Notes: generated by a model not told the origin, from the sequence alone. A stretch of DNA of 64,000 nt from an uncultured Chloroflexia bacterium (GCA_963713285.1 CAVQLA010000003.1:4514-68513); one strand, 5' to 3'. Positions 36,419-46,701 are shown, counted from the stretch's first letter. Program-made: numbers and translations.

Positions 36419-37198
36419 GTGGCGCTGGAGGTCGACCTCCTCACGCTCTTTCCCGACATGGTCGCCGGCCCCCTCGCGGCAAGCATCCCGGGCCGGATCC
36501 AGGAGCGGGGCCTCGCGATCGTCCGGGTCCACGACCTGCGAGCCTGGGGCCTGGGCCGTCACCGCAGCGTCGACGACGCGCCCTACGGCGGCGGGGCGGG
36601 CATGGTGCTGCGCCCCGAGCCCGTCGCCGGCGCCCTCGCCGCGCTCCGGCGTCCCGACTCGACCGTCATCCTCCTCGATCCCGCCGGCGAGCCGTTCCGC
36701 CAGGCCCGCGCCGAGGACCTGGCCCGGCGGCCGCACCTCGTGCTCCTGTGCCCGCGCTACGAGGGCGTGGACGACCGCGTGCGGGATCTCGTCGACCTCG
36801 AGCTGTCGGTCGGGGACTACGTGCTGACCGGCGGCGAGCTGGCGGCCCTCGTGGTCGTCGACGCCGTGCTCCGGCTCCTTCCGGGTGCCATCGAGGCGGC
36901 CTCGCTCGAGGACGAGTCCTTCGCCCACGGGCTGCTCGAGTACCCGCAGTACACGCGACCGGCGGTCTTCGCGGGGCGCGGCGTCCCCGAGGTCCTCGTG
37001 TCCGGCGATCACGGCGCCGTCCGGCGCTGGCGGCTCCGGGAATCGATCCGGCGCACCCTCGTGCGCCGCCCCGACCTTCTCGAGCAGCGCCCGTGGACAC
37101 CCGAGGAGCGGCGCCTGCTCGCGGAGGTGCGCGCGGATGCCGACGGCGGCCCGGAGCCGGAGGCGGCGTCGCCGGCGAGCCCGGGCGGCCCCGGCTGA
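36419..37198 (+). CDS. trmD: tRNA (guanine37-N1)-methyltransferase
   Basis: VDLLTLFPDM, DDAPYGGGAGMV, GRYEGVDDRV-like (PRYEGVDDRV) and LTGGELAALVVVDAV motifs. GTG start. Confidence 0.95.
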   Translation: MALEVDLLTLFPDMVAGPLAASIPGRIQERGLAIVRVHDLRAWGLGRHRSVDDAPYGGGAGMVLRPEPVAGALAALRRPDSTVILLDPAGEPFRQARAEDLARRPHLVLLCPRYEGVDDRVRDLVDLELSVGDYVLTGGELAALVVVDAVLRLLPGAIEAASLEDESFAHGLLEYPQYTRPAVFAGRGVPEVLVSGDHGAVRRWRLRESIRRTLVRRPDLLEQRPWTPEERRLLAEVRADADGGPEPEAASPASPGGPG

Positions 37199-37229
37199 CG
37201 CCGGCGAGCCCGGACGACCCCGGCTGACG
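37172..37229 (+). repeat. tandem 2 x 29-nt repeat spanning the trmD stop codon
   Basis: ccggcgagcccggGcgGccccggctgacg followed by ccggcgagcccggAcgAccccggctgacg. Each unit ends in a TGA, and the first is the trmD stop. Confidence 0.85.
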
Positions 37230-37400
37230 CCAGGGTCGTTGCCCCGCGAATCGCGCAGCGCCAGCTGCTCGGTGACATCGTCAGCCTCCGCCGACGAGGG
37301 AGACGATGGCGCTGACGGTCGGCAGGCCGATCGAACCCACGCCACCTGCCCGGCATCCGCGCCCGCCCCCTGGACGTGCTCACCCCAGGCCCGCCGCGCG

Positions 37401-37435
37401 CCGCCGATCCTCGCCTGAACAGACTATCTGTTCAG
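37401..37435. repeat. ~35-nt element, copy 1, containing an 8-5-8 palindrome
   Basis: ccgccgatcctcgcCTGAACAGactatCTGTTCAG, a perfect inverted repeat that is AT-richer than its surroundings. Confidence 0.8.
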
Positions 37436-37501
37436 CGACGCCGTCCGTAAGCACGGGAGTCACGCCGAAGTGCTGGTCCGGGCCGGGTCGCACGCTCGGG
37501 C

Positions 37502-37531
37502 CCGCCGATCCTGACCAGACTATCTGTTCAG
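37502..37531. repeat. ~30-nt element, copy 2, with the palindrome carrying one mismatch
   Basis: ccgccgatcCTGACCAGactatCTGTTCAG, centred 96 nt from copy 1. Confidence 0.8.
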
Positions 37532-37758
37532 ACCGCCAGGGTCGCCACGCCGCAGCCGGCGACCATCGCTGCCGGCGGAACCGGCCGCGCCGCGGGCAGA
37601 GCCGGCCGCGCCGCGCCGGGCGCGTGGCGCCGAGCCGGCGGGCCGCGCCCCAGCACCCGCGGGCGACGCGTGCCAGCCACCGGCACGCTCCACGAGCGCC
37701 GACCGACAGTGTCGCGGAGCAGCTGCGCTGGCAGCCTCATCGCGCAGGGACAGCCCAG

Positions 37759-37777
37759 GGCTGACGCCGGCGAGCCC
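37759..37777 (+). repeat. third, displaced copy of the trmD-end repeat junction
   Basis: ggctgacgccggcgagccc is identical to 37193-37211 and lies 566 nt downstream, directly before the rplS -10 box. Confidence 0.85.
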
Positions 37778-37782
37778 CGTGC

Positions 37783-37788
37783 TATACT
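37783..37788 (+). promoter_or_regulatory. -10-like TATACT upstream of rplS
   Basis: ccgtgcTATACTccgccg, ~95 nt before GTG 37883, immediately after the third copy of the trmD-end repeat. Confidence 0.4.
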
Positions 37789-37882
37789 CCGCCGTCGGTC
37801 GCACCCCCGCGACCATCTCACCACGCCCTCGACGCGGCACGCGGAATCACCCGGCCGCTCCCAGAGAACGCAGGGGACTCCC

Positions 37883-38230
37883 GTGAACGTGCTCGACGAG
37901 ATCGTCAAGGACCAGCTTCGCAGCGACATCCCGGAGCTCGCGCCGGGCGACACCGTCAAGGTGGCCGCCAAGGTCGTCGAGGGCAACCGGGAGCGCATCC
38001 AGGTCTTCGAGGGAACCATTCTCCGCCTGACCGGCGGCGGGATCACGCGTTCCGTGACCGTCCGGCGCATCGCGTCGGGGGTCGGCGTCGAGCGGACCTT
38101 CAAGATCAACAGCCCGCGGATCGAGCGGATCGAAGTCGTGCGCCACGGCGTCGCGCGCCGGGCCAAGCTCTACTTCCTCCGCAAGCGCGTCGGCAAGGCC
38201 GCGACGCTCCGCGAGCGACGCACGAGCTAG
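37883..38230 (+). CDS. rplS: 50S ribosomal protein L19
   Basis: [51 protein letters not shown] 37883 (aa 72 of ORF 37670) has an AGGGGA SD. Confidence 0.95.
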   Translation: MNVLDEIVKDQLRSDIPELAPGDTVKVAAKVVEGNRERIQVFEGTILRLTGGGITRSVTVRRIASGVGVERTFKINSPRIERIEVVRHGVARRAKLYFLRKRVGKAATLRERRTS

Positions 38231-38319
38231 CCCCGCGGCGGCGCTCCGCCGTCCCGGTGATCGCGAGGCGGCCCCGCCAGGTGACGGGGCCGCGTCGATT
38301 CCCGGTAGGCTTCGGCGTG

Positions 38320-39102
38320 ATGGCCCCGACCGTGCCCACCCTCCGCCGCGAGCGCGCCCTCTGGCGCGCCGGCGCGACCCGCGTGGCGGGCATCGACGAG
38401 GTCGGGGTGGCCCCGGCGTGCGGCCCGGTGGTGGCCGCCGCGGTGATCTTCCGCCCCAACGCCCGCCCCATCCCGGGCGTCCGCGACTCGAAGACGCTCT
38501 CGGCCGCCCAGCGCGAGGCGCTCGTCCCGGAGATCCGCCGGCGGGCGGTCGCGGTCGGCGTCGGTGCTGCCTCGGTGGCGGAGATCGATCGCCTCAACAT
38601 CTACCACGCGACGCACCTCGCGATGCGGCGTGCCCTCGCGCGCCTCGGCGGGCACGACCACGTCCTCGTCGACGGCCTCCGGATCGCCGGCTTCGAGGAC
38701 GACGTGGGTCCCTACGACGCCATCGTCGACGGGGACGCGCTCGTCTACACGATCGCCTGCGCGTCCGTCGTGGCGAAGGTCGTGCGCGACCGTCTCATGA
38801 CCCGCCTGGCCGCCCGCCATCCCGGCTACGGGTGGGAGCGCAACGCCGGGTACGCGACGCTCGAGCACCGCGCCGCGATGGCCACGCTGGGCGTGACGCC
38901 CTTCCACCGGCGCTCGTTCATCACGACGCGGCGCGCGATCGAGGGCGTCGAGCAGCTCGGCTTCGACCTCGTGGCGCTGGGTCCCGGCCGCGCGACGGAT
39001 CCCGGCGACGCGACCGACGCGCGCTCCGCCCTCGGCGACGACCTGCTCGCGGCCTGGGAGGCGGACACCGACGGCGCGCAGGTGGAGGTGATCCCGGGAT
39101 AA
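38320..39102 (+). CDS. rnhB: ribonuclease HII
   Basis: GIDEVG.., RDSKTLS, VVAKVVRD and HPGYGWERNAGYAT..H motifs. ATG 38320 is preferred over the ORF-track GTG 38257. The GRG motif is replaced (see findings). Confidence 0.85.
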   Translation: MAPTVPTLRRERALWRAGATRVAGIDEVGVAPACGPVVAAAVIFRPNARPIPGVRDSKTLSAAQREALVPEIRRRAVAVGVGAASVAEIDRLNIYHATHLAMRRALARLGGHDHVLVDGLRIAGFEDDVGPYDAIVDGDALVYTIACASVVAKVVRDRLMTRLAARHPGYGWERNAGYATLEHRAAMATLGVTPFHRRSFITTRRAIEGVEQLGFDLVALGPGRATDPGDATDARSALGDDLLAAWEADTDGAQVEVIPG

Positions 39103-39136
39103 GCGCGGGGAGGACGCCGCCGGCGAGCATGGGGAG

Positions 39137-39577
39137 ATGACGGCGCCGCAACCACCCGGCGGCAACCGGACGCCGGCGCAGCGGGCAGGCGACGCAGCAG
39201 AGGCTGCCGTGGCCCGGGCGCTCGGCGCCGGCGGCTGGACGATCCTGGCCCGCCGCGCGCGCATCGGGCACCTGGAGCTCGACCTCGTGGCTCTCGACCC
39301 TGGACCCCCGGCGGCGCTCGTCGTCCTGGAGGTGCGCTGGCGTCGCTCGCGCGCCTTCGGACTGCCGGAGGAGACCGTGGACGGCCGAAAGGTCGCCCGC
39401 CTGCGGCGGGCGGCCGGCGCGCTGGTCGCGAACGGCCGGTTGCCGGACGGCACGCCGCTCCCGCCGGTCCCCGTGCGCCTCGACGTCGTCGCGGTGGAGC
39501 CCGGCCCGGCGGGACGGCTGCGGGTCCGGCATCACCGCGCGGTCGGGGAGGGAGGTCGCGGCGGGACCCTGTGGTAG
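39137..39577 (+). CDS. yraN: YraN-family (UPF0102) endonuclease-like protein
   Basis: [33 protein letters not shown]...VVLEVRWR. It follows rnhB, as in many genomes. Confidence 0.85.
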   Translation: MTAPQPPGGNRTPAQRAGDAAEAAVARALGAGGWTILARRARIGHLELDLVALDPGPPAALVVLEVRWRRSRAFGLPEETVDGRKVARLRRAAGALVANGRLPDGTPLPPVPVRLDVVAVEPGPAGRLRVRHHRAVGEGGRGGTLW

Positions 39578-39580
39578 ACT
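39572..39580 (+). promoter_or_regulatory. extended -10-like TGgTAGACT upstream of rpsB
   Basis: It overlaps the yraN stop and leaves a ~165-nt GC-rich structured leader before rpsB. Confidence 0.4.
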
Positions 39581-39749
39581 CCGCCGGGCTGTCGGGCCGT
39601 TCCGCCAGCCGCCGTCGCCGCGTCGCGGCGACGAGAACACACGCGGTGCCGCCACCGAACCCGGGCGGTGCCGGGAGCCGAGCCCTGAGCTCGAGCCCCC
39701 GGTCCGGGACGGGGCCCGCGGAGGTAGCAACCGAACAGGAGGACCACGC

Positions 39750-40619
39750 GTGCCCACCGTCTCCATGCGGCAGCTGCTCGAGGCCGGCGTCCATTTCGGC
39801 CACCAGACGCGCCGCTGGAATCCCAAGATGCGCCCGTTCATCTTTGCGGAGCGCAACGGGATCCACATCATCGATCTCGCCCAGACCGTCCAGCGGCTCG
39901 ACCTCGCCCTCGATGCCGTCCGGGAGACCACGGCGCGCGGCGAGGCGGTCCTCTTCGTGGGGACCAAGAAGCAGGCCCAGGAGCCGATCGCCGAGGAGGC
40001 GGATCGCGCCGGCCAGCCGTACGTCAACCAGCGCTGGCTGGGCGGCATGCTCACGAACTTCGTCACCATCAAGAAGCGGCTCGGCCTGCTCGAGCAGCTC
40101 GAGGCGCGCCTCGCCAACGGCGACTTCGAGCGGATGCCGAAGAAAGAAGCCGCCCGCTACATGGAGGAGCTCCGCAAGCTCCGCCTGACCCTCGGCGGGA
40201 TCCGCAAGATGAAGCGCGTCCCGGGCGCCGTCTTCGTCGTCGACCCGGCGCGCGAGCGCATCGCCGTCACCGAGGCGCGCAAGCTCGAGATCCCCCTCGT
40301 CGGCACCGGGGACACGAACGTCGACCCCGACGAGCTCGACTACATCATCCCGGCCAACGACGACGCGATCCGCGCGATCCGGCTGCTGTGCCGGCTGGTC
40401 GCCGACGCCGCGATCGAGGGCAGCCGCGAGCGGGCGTCGCGCAGCGAGCGCGAGCCGGAGCCCGAGCCGGAGATCGTGACCACCTTCGAGCCGGAAGAGA
40501 TCGCCTCCGCCGACGACCTCGTCGCCCAGCTCGCGGCCGCCGGCGGCGCCCTCACCTTCGAGCCCGACGCCGAGGAGCTCCTCCCGGAGGCCCCGGTCGC
40601 CGAGGCCTCCGCCGAGTAA
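39750..40619 (+). CDS. rpsB: 30S ribosomal protein S2
   Basis: [25 protein letters not shown] start with an AGGAGG SD. Acidic C-terminal tail. Confidence 0.95.
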   Translation: MPTVSMRQLLEAGVHFGHQTRRWNPKMRPFIFAERNGIHIIDLAQTVQRLDLALDAVRETTARGEAVLFVGTKKQAQEPIAEEADRAGQPYVNQRWLGGMLTNFVTIKKRLGLLEQLEARLANGDFERMPKKEAARYMEELRKLRLTLGGIRKMKRVPGAVFVVDPARERIAVTEARKLEIPLVGTGDTNVDPDELDYIIPANDDAIRAIRLLCRLVADAAIEGSRERASRSEREPEPEPEIVTTFEPEEIASADDLVAQLAAAGGALTFEPDAEELLPEAPVAEASAE

Positions 40620-40701
40620 TCGAACCTCCGGCGGCGGCCGTGGTCGCCGCCCCGGGCGAAACCCCGGCCTGCCGGGTTGACAACAGGAGACGCACCCCGC
40701 C

Positions 40702-41297
40702 ATGGCGAACTTCTCCGCCGCCGACGTCAAGGAGCTACGCGAGCGCACCGGCGCCGGGATGATGGACTGCAAGCATGCCCTCGAGGAGGCCGACGGCAAC
40801 GTCGAGAAGGCCGTCGTCCTGCTGCGCGAGCGGGGCCTCGCGGCCGCCGCCAAGAAGGCAGGCCGGGAGGCCCGCGAGGGCACCGTGGCCAGCTACATCC
40901 ATCCCGGTGGGCGCGTCGGCGTCCTGATCGAGGTCAACTGCGAGACCGACTTCGTCGCCCGGACCGAACAGTTCCAGAAGCTTGTCCGCGACCTGGCGAT
41001 GCAGGTCGCCGGCCTCGCGCCCGTCTACGTCGACATCGACCGGATCCCCGAGGCCGAGCTCGAGGCGAAGAAGGCGGCCCTCCTCGCCGACGAGGCCGTC
41101 CAGAAGAAGCCCGAGCACATCCGGCCCCAGATCGTCGAGGGCCAGCTCCGGAAGTGGTTCGCGGAGGTCTGCCTCCTCGAGCAGCCCTTCCGCGACACGG
41201 ACCAGACGGTGCGCGACCTGGTGACGGCCGCCGTCGCGACGATCGGCGAGAACATCCGGGTCCGCCGCTTCACCCGGTACGCCCTCGGCGAGGAGCT

Positions 41298-41301
<4 letters not shown>
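40702..41301 (+). CDS. tsf: elongation factor Ts (short form)
   Basis: [21 protein letters not shown] and [14 protein letters not shown] motifs. 199 aa. Confidence 0.93.
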
Positions 41302-42061
<760 letters not shown>

Positions 42062-42065
<4 letters not shown>

Positions 42066-42619
42066 CCAGCCAGGTCCTCGCGACCATCGAGCCGAAGATG
42101 GCGCGCGCCGTCGAGGTCCTGGAGCGCGATCTCCAGGGCATCCGGACGGGACGCGCCTCCACCTCGCTCGTGGAGCGCATCCACGTCGAGTACTACGGCA
42201 CCCCGACGGCGCTCAACCAGCTCGCCGGCATCAGCGTCCCCGAGCCGCACCAGATCGTGATCCAGCCCTGGGACCGGGGAGTCCTGGGCGCCATCGAGAA
42301 GGCCATCCTCAAGAGCGACATCGGCCTCGTGCCGAACGTCGACGGGACGGTGGTCCGGCTCAACATCCCGCCCCTCACCGAGGAGCGCCGGCGCGATCTC
42401 GTCAAGGTGGTCCACCGGCGCATGGAGGAGGCGAGGGTCGAGATCCGCAACCTCCGGCGCGAGGCCGCCGAGGCGATCAAGCGCGAGGAGCGCGAGGGTG
42501 TCACCGGCACCGACGACGCGCATCGTGAGCTGGAGCAGCTCCAGAAGGTCACCGACCGCCACGTCGCGGACGTCGACACGGTCGGCGGCGCCAAGGAGCG
42601 CGAGGTGATGGAGGTCTAG
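42062..42619 (+). CDS. frr: ribosome recycling factor
   Basis: 185 aa with [32 protein letters not shown] overlap with pyrH. Confidence 0.95.
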
Positions 42620-43413
42620 TGGCCCGGGCCCACCTCGCGCGCCCGACCGACGCCCCGCCCGTCGCCCACGCGGCCCTCGCGGACGGGGACGTCGCCGCGA
42701 CACCCGACGCCGGCCCCGGCGCCGAGGCGGGCGTCCGCCCCGTCCACGTGGCGATCATCATGGACGGCAACCGGCGCTGGGCCCGCGAGCGCGGCCTCGA
42801 CGAGCTGGACGGCCACGCGGCCGGCGTCGAGAAGATCCGCTGGCTCGTCGAGCACACCCTGCAGCGCGGGATCGGCTACCTCTCCCTCTACGCCTTCAGC
42901 CGCGAGAACTGGGCGCGTCCCGACGACGAGGTGATCGGGCTCTTCCGCCTGCTGGAGCAGGCGATCCGGGCCGAGACGCCGGAGCTCGTGCGGCAGGGAG
43001 TCCGGGTTCGGCTCCTGGGACGCCTGGAGGAGCTGCCCGACGACCTGCGCCTCTCCATCCGCGACGCGCTGGCGGCGACCGACGGGGGCTCCCGCCTGAC
43101 GCTCGCCGTGGCGTTCAACTACGCCGGGCGCACCGAGCTCGTCGACGCCATCCGGGCGATCGTCGAGGCGGGGGTCGCACCCGACGACATCGACGAGGCG
43201 ACGGTCGCCGAGCGCCTCTACACGAGCGGCATGCCTGACCCTGACCTGGTGATCCGCACCGGCGGCGAGCAGCGCCTCTCCAACTTCCTGATCTGGCAGA
43301 GCGCGTACGCGGAGTTCTGGACCTCCGACGTCCTGTGGCCGGATTTCGATGCGACGACGTACGACGAGGCGCTCGAGGCCTTCACCCGGCGATCCCGTCG
43401 CTTCGGAACGTAG
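42619..43413 (+). CDS. uppS: undecaprenyl diphosphate synthase
   Basis: HVAIIMDGNRRWA, LYAFSRENW and RTGGEQRLSNFLIWQ motifs. GTG shares 1 nt with the frr stop. There is a ~40-aa N-extension. Confidence 0.93.
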   Translation: MARAHLARPTDAPPVAHAALADGDVAATPDAGPGAEAGVRPVHVAIIMDGNRRWARERGLDELDGHAAGVEKIRWLVEHTLQRGIGYLSLYAFSRENWARPDDEVIGLFRLLEQAIRAETPELVRQGVRVRLLGRLEELPDDLRLSIRDALAATDGGSRLTLAVAFNYAGRTELVDAIRAIVEAGVAPDDIDEATVAERLYTSGMPDPDLVIRTGGEQRLSNFLIWQSAYAEFWTSDVLWPDFDATTYDEALEAFTRRSRRFGT

Positions 43414-43422
43414 GGAGGCCCC

Positions 43423-44301
43423 GTGCGCGAACGAACCCTCAGCGCGCTCCTCATCGTCCCCGTCGTCGTGCTCGCGATCGCGGCGGGCGGCGTGGGGATC
43501 GGGATCCTGGTGCTGGTGCTCGCGGCGCTCGCCGCGCGCGAGGCGGAGCGCCTGCTGCCGGCGGCGGGCCGGCCGGTCATCCGCAACGGCGTCGGCGGCG
43601 GCGCGCTGGTGCTCGTGGCCACCGCGGCGATTCCCGCCATCCTCGGGAGCAGGCTGCTCGGCGAGCAGGCGGCCGTCCGGGACCTCGCGGTCCGCGTGGC
43701 CGCGATCGACGGCGTGGCGCTGATGGGCGTCGTGGCCGTCGCCCTGGCGATGATCGCCTTTGCCCGCCGGGACCCGGCCGACGGGTTCGCCGCATGGTCG
43801 GCGACCGTCTTCGGGGCCGTCTACATCGGGCTCCTCGGCGCGGTGGCGATCCTGACGACGCAGTGGACGGGTGACGCAGCGACCGACGGGGCGCTGTGGC
43901 CCGAGCGGCGCTGGGTTCTCGTGCTCCTCGCCGGCGTCTGGAGCTTCGACACCGGCGCATACCTCGTCGGCCGTGCGATCGGGCGGCGCCCGTTCCTGCC
44001 CTGGATCTCCCCGAAGAAGACACTCGAGGGGGTCCTCGGCGGCCTCGTGGTGGCCACCCTGGTCGTCGCGGTCGTCCTCGCGATCAGCGGCAGCTCGCCC
44101 CTGGAGGCCCTCGTCCTCGGACCGCTCCTCGGCATCGTGGCCCAGTCCGGCGACCTCGCAGAATCGCTCCTCAAGCGCGCCGCGGGCGTCAAGGACTCCG
44201 GCACGCTCCTGCCGGGGCATGGCGGGATCCTCGACCGCGTCGACTCGATCCTCTTCGCGGCCCCCGTGCTGGCCGCCTGGGTTGCCCTCGTCCATGGCTG
44301 A
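43423..44301 (+). CDS. cdsA: phosphatidate cytidylyltransferase
   Basis: Multi-TM protein with the C-terminal signature KRAAGVKDSGTLLPGHGGILDRVDS. GGGAGG SD. Confidence 0.9.
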   Translation: MRERTLSALLIVPVVVLAIAAGGVGIGILVLVLAALAAREAERLLPAAGRPVIRNGVGGGALVLVATAAIPAILGSRLLGEQAAVRDLAVRVAAIDGVALMGVVAVALAMIAFARRDPADGFAAWSATVFGAVYIGLLGAVAILTTQWTGDAATDGALWPERRWVLVLLAGVWSFDTGAYLVGRAIGRRPFLPWISPKKTLEGVLGGLVVATLVVAVVLAISGSSPLEALVLGPLLGIVAQSGDLAESLLKRAAGVKDSGTLLPGHGGILDRVDSILFAAPVLAAWVALVHG

Positions 44302-45538
44302 GCCGCGGCCGGCGGAGCACCCGCCGGTCGGGGTCGCCCTCCTCGGCTCGGGCGGCTCGATCGGCACGCAGGCCGTCGACGTCCTGGCTGGCCTCGCCCC
44401 GGACTGGCGCGTCGTGGCGCTGGCCACGGGGTCGCAGGCCAGCCTGCTGGAGGAGCAGGCGCGCCGCGTGCGGCCGGTGGCCGCCGCGCTCGGCACGGAC
44501 GCGGCCCTCGACCTGCCGGCCGGCTGCACGCAGGTCAGGGGCCCGGACGCGCTCGAGGCCCTCGCGACGCGCGCCGACGTGGACCTCGTCGTGGTCGGCA
44601 CAGGCGGGGTCGTGAGCCTGCGGCCGGTCCTCGCGGCGCTGCGGGCCGGCAAGGTCGTTGCGACGGCCAACAAGGAGACGCTGGTCGCCGGGGGGCACCT
44701 CGTGATGGCCGAGGCGCGGGCGCGGGCGGCCGAGCGCGCGACCCGGGACCCCCGCCACCCGCTCGCCACCGCGCTGGGATGGCTCCGCCCGATCGACTCG
44801 GAGCACTCCGCGATCTGGCAGTGCCTCGTGGGCGAAGAGCTGGATGACGTGGCCCGCCTGCTGCTCACCGCCTCGGGCGGTCCCTTCCTCGACACCCCGG
44901 CCGAGGCGTTCACCGCCATCACGCCGGCGGATGCGCTCCGCCACCCGACCTGGACGATGGGTGCCAAGATCACGATCGACTCTGCCACCCTCGTCAACAA
45001 GGGCCTCGAGATCATCGAGGCCCACTGGCTGTACGGCATGTCCTACGACCGCATCGACGTGGTCGTCCACCCGCAGTCGGTGGTCCACTCCGCGGTCGTC
45101 TTCGCGGACGGCTCGCTGAAGGCGCAGCTGGGGACCCCCGACATGCGCCTGCCGATCCAGTACGCGATCACCCACCCGCGACGACGCCGGTCGCCGGCCG
45201 CGCCACCGGACCTGGTCGCTGCCGGGCACCTCGACTTCCGCGCCCCGGACGAGGGTCGCTTCCCGGCCCTCCGGATCGCGCGCGAGGCGGGCGCCATCGG
45301 CTCGCGAGCCACGGCCGCGCTCATCGCCGCCGACGAGGTCGCCGTGGCCCGGTTCCTGGGCGGGAGCCTGGACTTCCCCGGCATCCCGCGCCTTCTGGAG
45401 CAAGCCGTGGCACGCTATGGGTCCGGGCCGGACCAGGCGCCCGGGGTCGACGATCTCGTCGACCTCGAGGGCGAGGTGCGGGCGGCGTTCGCGGCGCCGG
45501 GCGCCGCGCGGGGAACCGCGCCGGGTCCGGCAGCGTAG
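44294..45538 (+). CDS. dxr: 1-deoxy-D-xylulose 5-phosphate reductoisomerase
   Basis: LGSGGSIGTQ, NKETLV, SEHSAIWQC and LTASGGPF motifs. ATG is at aa 142 of ORF 43871. 8-nt overlap with cdsA. Confidence 0.93.
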   Translation: MAEPRPAEHPPVGVALLGSGGSIGTQAVDVLAGLAPDWRVVALATGSQASLLEEQARRVRPVAAALGTDAALDLPAGCTQVRGPDALEALATRADVDLVVVGTGGVVSLRPVLAALRAGKVVATANKETLVAGGHLVMAEARARAAERATRDPRHPLATALGWLRPIDSEHSAIWQCLVGEELDDVARLLLTASGGPFLDTPAEAFTAITPADALRHPTWTMGAKITIDSATLVNKGLEIIEAHWLYGMSYDRIDVVVHPQSVVHSAVVFADGSLKAQLGTPDMRLPIQYAITHPRRRRSPAAPPDLVAAGHLDFRAPDEGRFPALRIAREAGAIGSRATAALIAADEVAVARFLGGSLDFPGIPRLLEQAVARYGSGPDQAPGVDDLVDLEGEVRAAFAAPGAARGTAPGPAA

Positions 45539-45546
45539 AGGAGAGC

Positions 45547-46701
45547 ATGGCCATCTTCCAGGGCGCGATCACGATCGTCCTCTTCATCCTCATCCTCGGC
45601 GGCCTCGTGGTGATCCACGAGGTGGGCCACTTCGTCATGGCCCGTGTCTTCGGGATCCGCGTCCTCGAGTTCGGGATCGGGTTCCCGCCGAAGGCCAAGG
45701 TCCTGCGGGCGAAGGGCGAGACCGTCTACACGCTGAACTGGCTGCCGATCGGCGGCTTCGTCCGGCTTGACGGCGAGGATGGCGACTCCGACGACCCGCG
45801 CTCCTTCGCGGTGCAGCGCCTCTGGAAGAAGCTGGTCGTCCTCGTCGCCGGCGTCGCCATGAACCTGCTCCTGGCGTTCGTGATCTTCTTCGGCATCGCC
45901 TGGCTTGCCACGCCGCAGGGCGGCCTGACGTTCTCGGAGGTGCAGGCCGGCTCGCCGGCGGAGGCCGCTGGGCTCGAGGCGGGCGACACCATTCTGGCGA
46001 TCGACGGCGAGACGTTCGACCTCTTCCCCAGCCCCGATGCCGGCCGGGCGGCGATCGCAGCCCTCCGCGACAGGGCCGGCGAGACGGTCACGCTGACCGT
46101 GGAAGGCGCCGACGGCGCGACCCGCGAGGTGGACGTGACGCTTCGCCCGGCCGCCGTAGCCGAGGAGAAGGGCGCGCTCGGGATCCGGGGAGCCCAGCTG
46201 GTCTTCACCGGCGAGTACCAGGGGCGGGACATCGTCTCGGCGATCGCCGCCGGGGCGGCGTGGACCGTGGCGGCGTTCACCCTGATCCTGAACGGCCTGG
46301 CCGACCTCCTCGCCTCGATCGTCTCGAACCCCTCCCAGGCGCCGCCGGTCTCCGGCCCCGTCGGGATCGCGGTCCAGGTCGGGGATGTCTTCTGGCAGCT
46401 CGGCCCGATCTTCACGCTCTACCTGGCCGGCCTCCTCTCGGCGAACCTCGCCCTGGTCAACATCCTGCCGTTCCCGCCGCTCGACGGCGGGCGCATGCTC
46501 GTCCTCGTCCTCAAGGCGCTCCTGTCCGGCGGCGGGCGGGCCCTGCGCACCGTCGGGATCCGGGTCAGCGGCCCCTCCGCGGAGACCACCCTGGGTGTCG
46601 AGCGCCTGACCTACCTCGTTGGCTTCGTCTTCCTCTTCGGCTTCCTCATCTGGATCACCTACTTCGACATTGCCCGCCAGGTGGGCGGCGGCGCGCCGTG
46701 A
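45547..46701 (+). CDS. rseP: RIP metalloprotease RseP
   Basis: HEVGHF zinc motif, one PDZ domain and [19 protein letters not shown]. Confidence 0.9.
   Translation: MAIFQGAITIVLFILILGGLVVIHEVGHFVMARVFGIRVLEFGIGFPPKAKVLRAKGETVYTLNWLPIGGFVRLDGEDGDSDDPRSFAVQRLWKKLVVLVAGVAMNLLLAFVIFFGIAWLATPQGGLTFSEVQAGSPAEAAGLEAGDTILAIDGETFDLFPSPDAGRAAIAALRDRAGETVTLTVEGADGATREVDVTLRPAAVAEEKGALGIRGAQLVFTGEYQGRDIVSAIAAGAAWTVAAFTLILNGLADLLASIVSNPSQAPPVSGPVGIAVQVGDVFWQLGPIFTLYLAGLLSANLALVNILPFPPLDGGRMLVLVLKALLSGGGRALRTVGIRVSGPSAETTLGVERLTYLVGFVFLFGFLIWITYFDIARQVGGGAP

Noticed and set aside
37325-37345. tRNA-like T-arm on the - strand (gtgGGTTCGATCggc).
   Set aside because: The flanking bases do not form the T stem or an acceptor stem, and no anticodon arm could be drawn.
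37415-37435. The palindrome CTGAACAG-N5-CTGTTCAG as a LexA/SOS box, given the GTTCAG half resembling the Myxococcus-type box and GAAC/GTTC resembling the Cheo box.
   Set aside because: The spacing (GAAC-N9-GTTC) fits neither the Gram-positive GAAC-N4-GTTC box nor the 17-nt delta-proteobacterial consensus. No SOS gene is adjacent.
37306-37764. 152-aa ORF with a plausible SD (GAGGGAG) inside the trmD-rplS spacer.
   Set aside because: About a fifth of its codons end in A/T, unlike genuine genes here. The product is Arg/Pro-rich. The two palindromic repeat copies simply translate to a repeated P(E/D)QTICS, so the frame is probably open by chance.
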